64,000 nucleotides of DNA, taken from NCBI GenBank assembly GCA_964016885.1, contig OZ024761.1:2666001-2730000 (forward strand). The letters are read 5' to 3'. The DNA is from Eledone cirrhosa (Eukaryota). The notes under the pieces are model-generated. The model was not told where the DNA came from, did no database searches, and saw nothing but the letters and a program-made list of their open reading frames with translations. Both the position numbers and the translations under genes were made by a program. Positions 63,640 to 64,000 of the stretch are shown here, in pieces; positions within the stretch are counted from its first letter, which is position 1, and every line of letters starts with the position of its first letter.

Positions 63640-64000
63640 ACTGCTCTGTAGAACAACTGATGTTATTACATTGAGCTATTTATCTTACTGGTAATAAGGT
63701 AGTAATAAATTACTGTCTTTCACTGTTTAGGGTTTAAAATATATATAACTATAAATAGTTTTAGTATATACATAACCATAAATAGTATCCTTAATACTAT
63801 ATATATATATATAGTAATAATAATAAATTTGAAGACTAAAATCCAAAGAGGTCGATAATGATAAATATATATCAAATATATAAGAACCGTAGAGTAAATA
63901 TTTATTAAAATAACAGATTAAAGTTTAAGCAAAGAATCGCTGCTTTCACCCTTAACGGGATCTTCTGAAACTAACAAAGTCAAGCTGTGAACGCAGATTG

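Overview
This is AT-rich eukaryotic (animal) DNA made almost entirely of repeats. It is probably cephalopod/Octopus-like, an inference from the huge (TA)n/(TACA)n tracts, a tRNA-derived SINE with a Nin/Deu-like GGGTCGATAAA-AGTACCAG core, and the retroelement mix. No host gene is confidently identified; there is one candidate 99-bp exon. Almost all ORFs in the supplied track are microsatellite or minisatellite artefacts. Real content: five Penelope-like retroelements (RT + GIY-YIG; four Naiad/Neptune-like, one Penelope/Poseidon-like); two head-to-tail L1/Tx1 LINEs; three R4/Dong-like RLE LINE copies; RTE fragments and bipartite RTE non-autonomous elements; two non-autonomous Helitrons; SINEs; and three large minisatellites (42, 29 and 36 bp). 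The most striking hidden signal is a dense population of about 20 hammerhead-ribozyme motifs (CUGANGA...GAAA...UH, folded by eye) from more than 10 different sequence families, sitting in short islands between (TA)n tracts. Associated structures include a nested 'onion' of insertions inside the inverted pLTRs of one Penelope element, a repeated non-coding unit with hammerheads in both polarities, a reiterated 37-nt pLTR 3' end, and a 627-bp cargo with 37-bp terminal redundancy. All structures were assessed manually; no database search or folding program was run.
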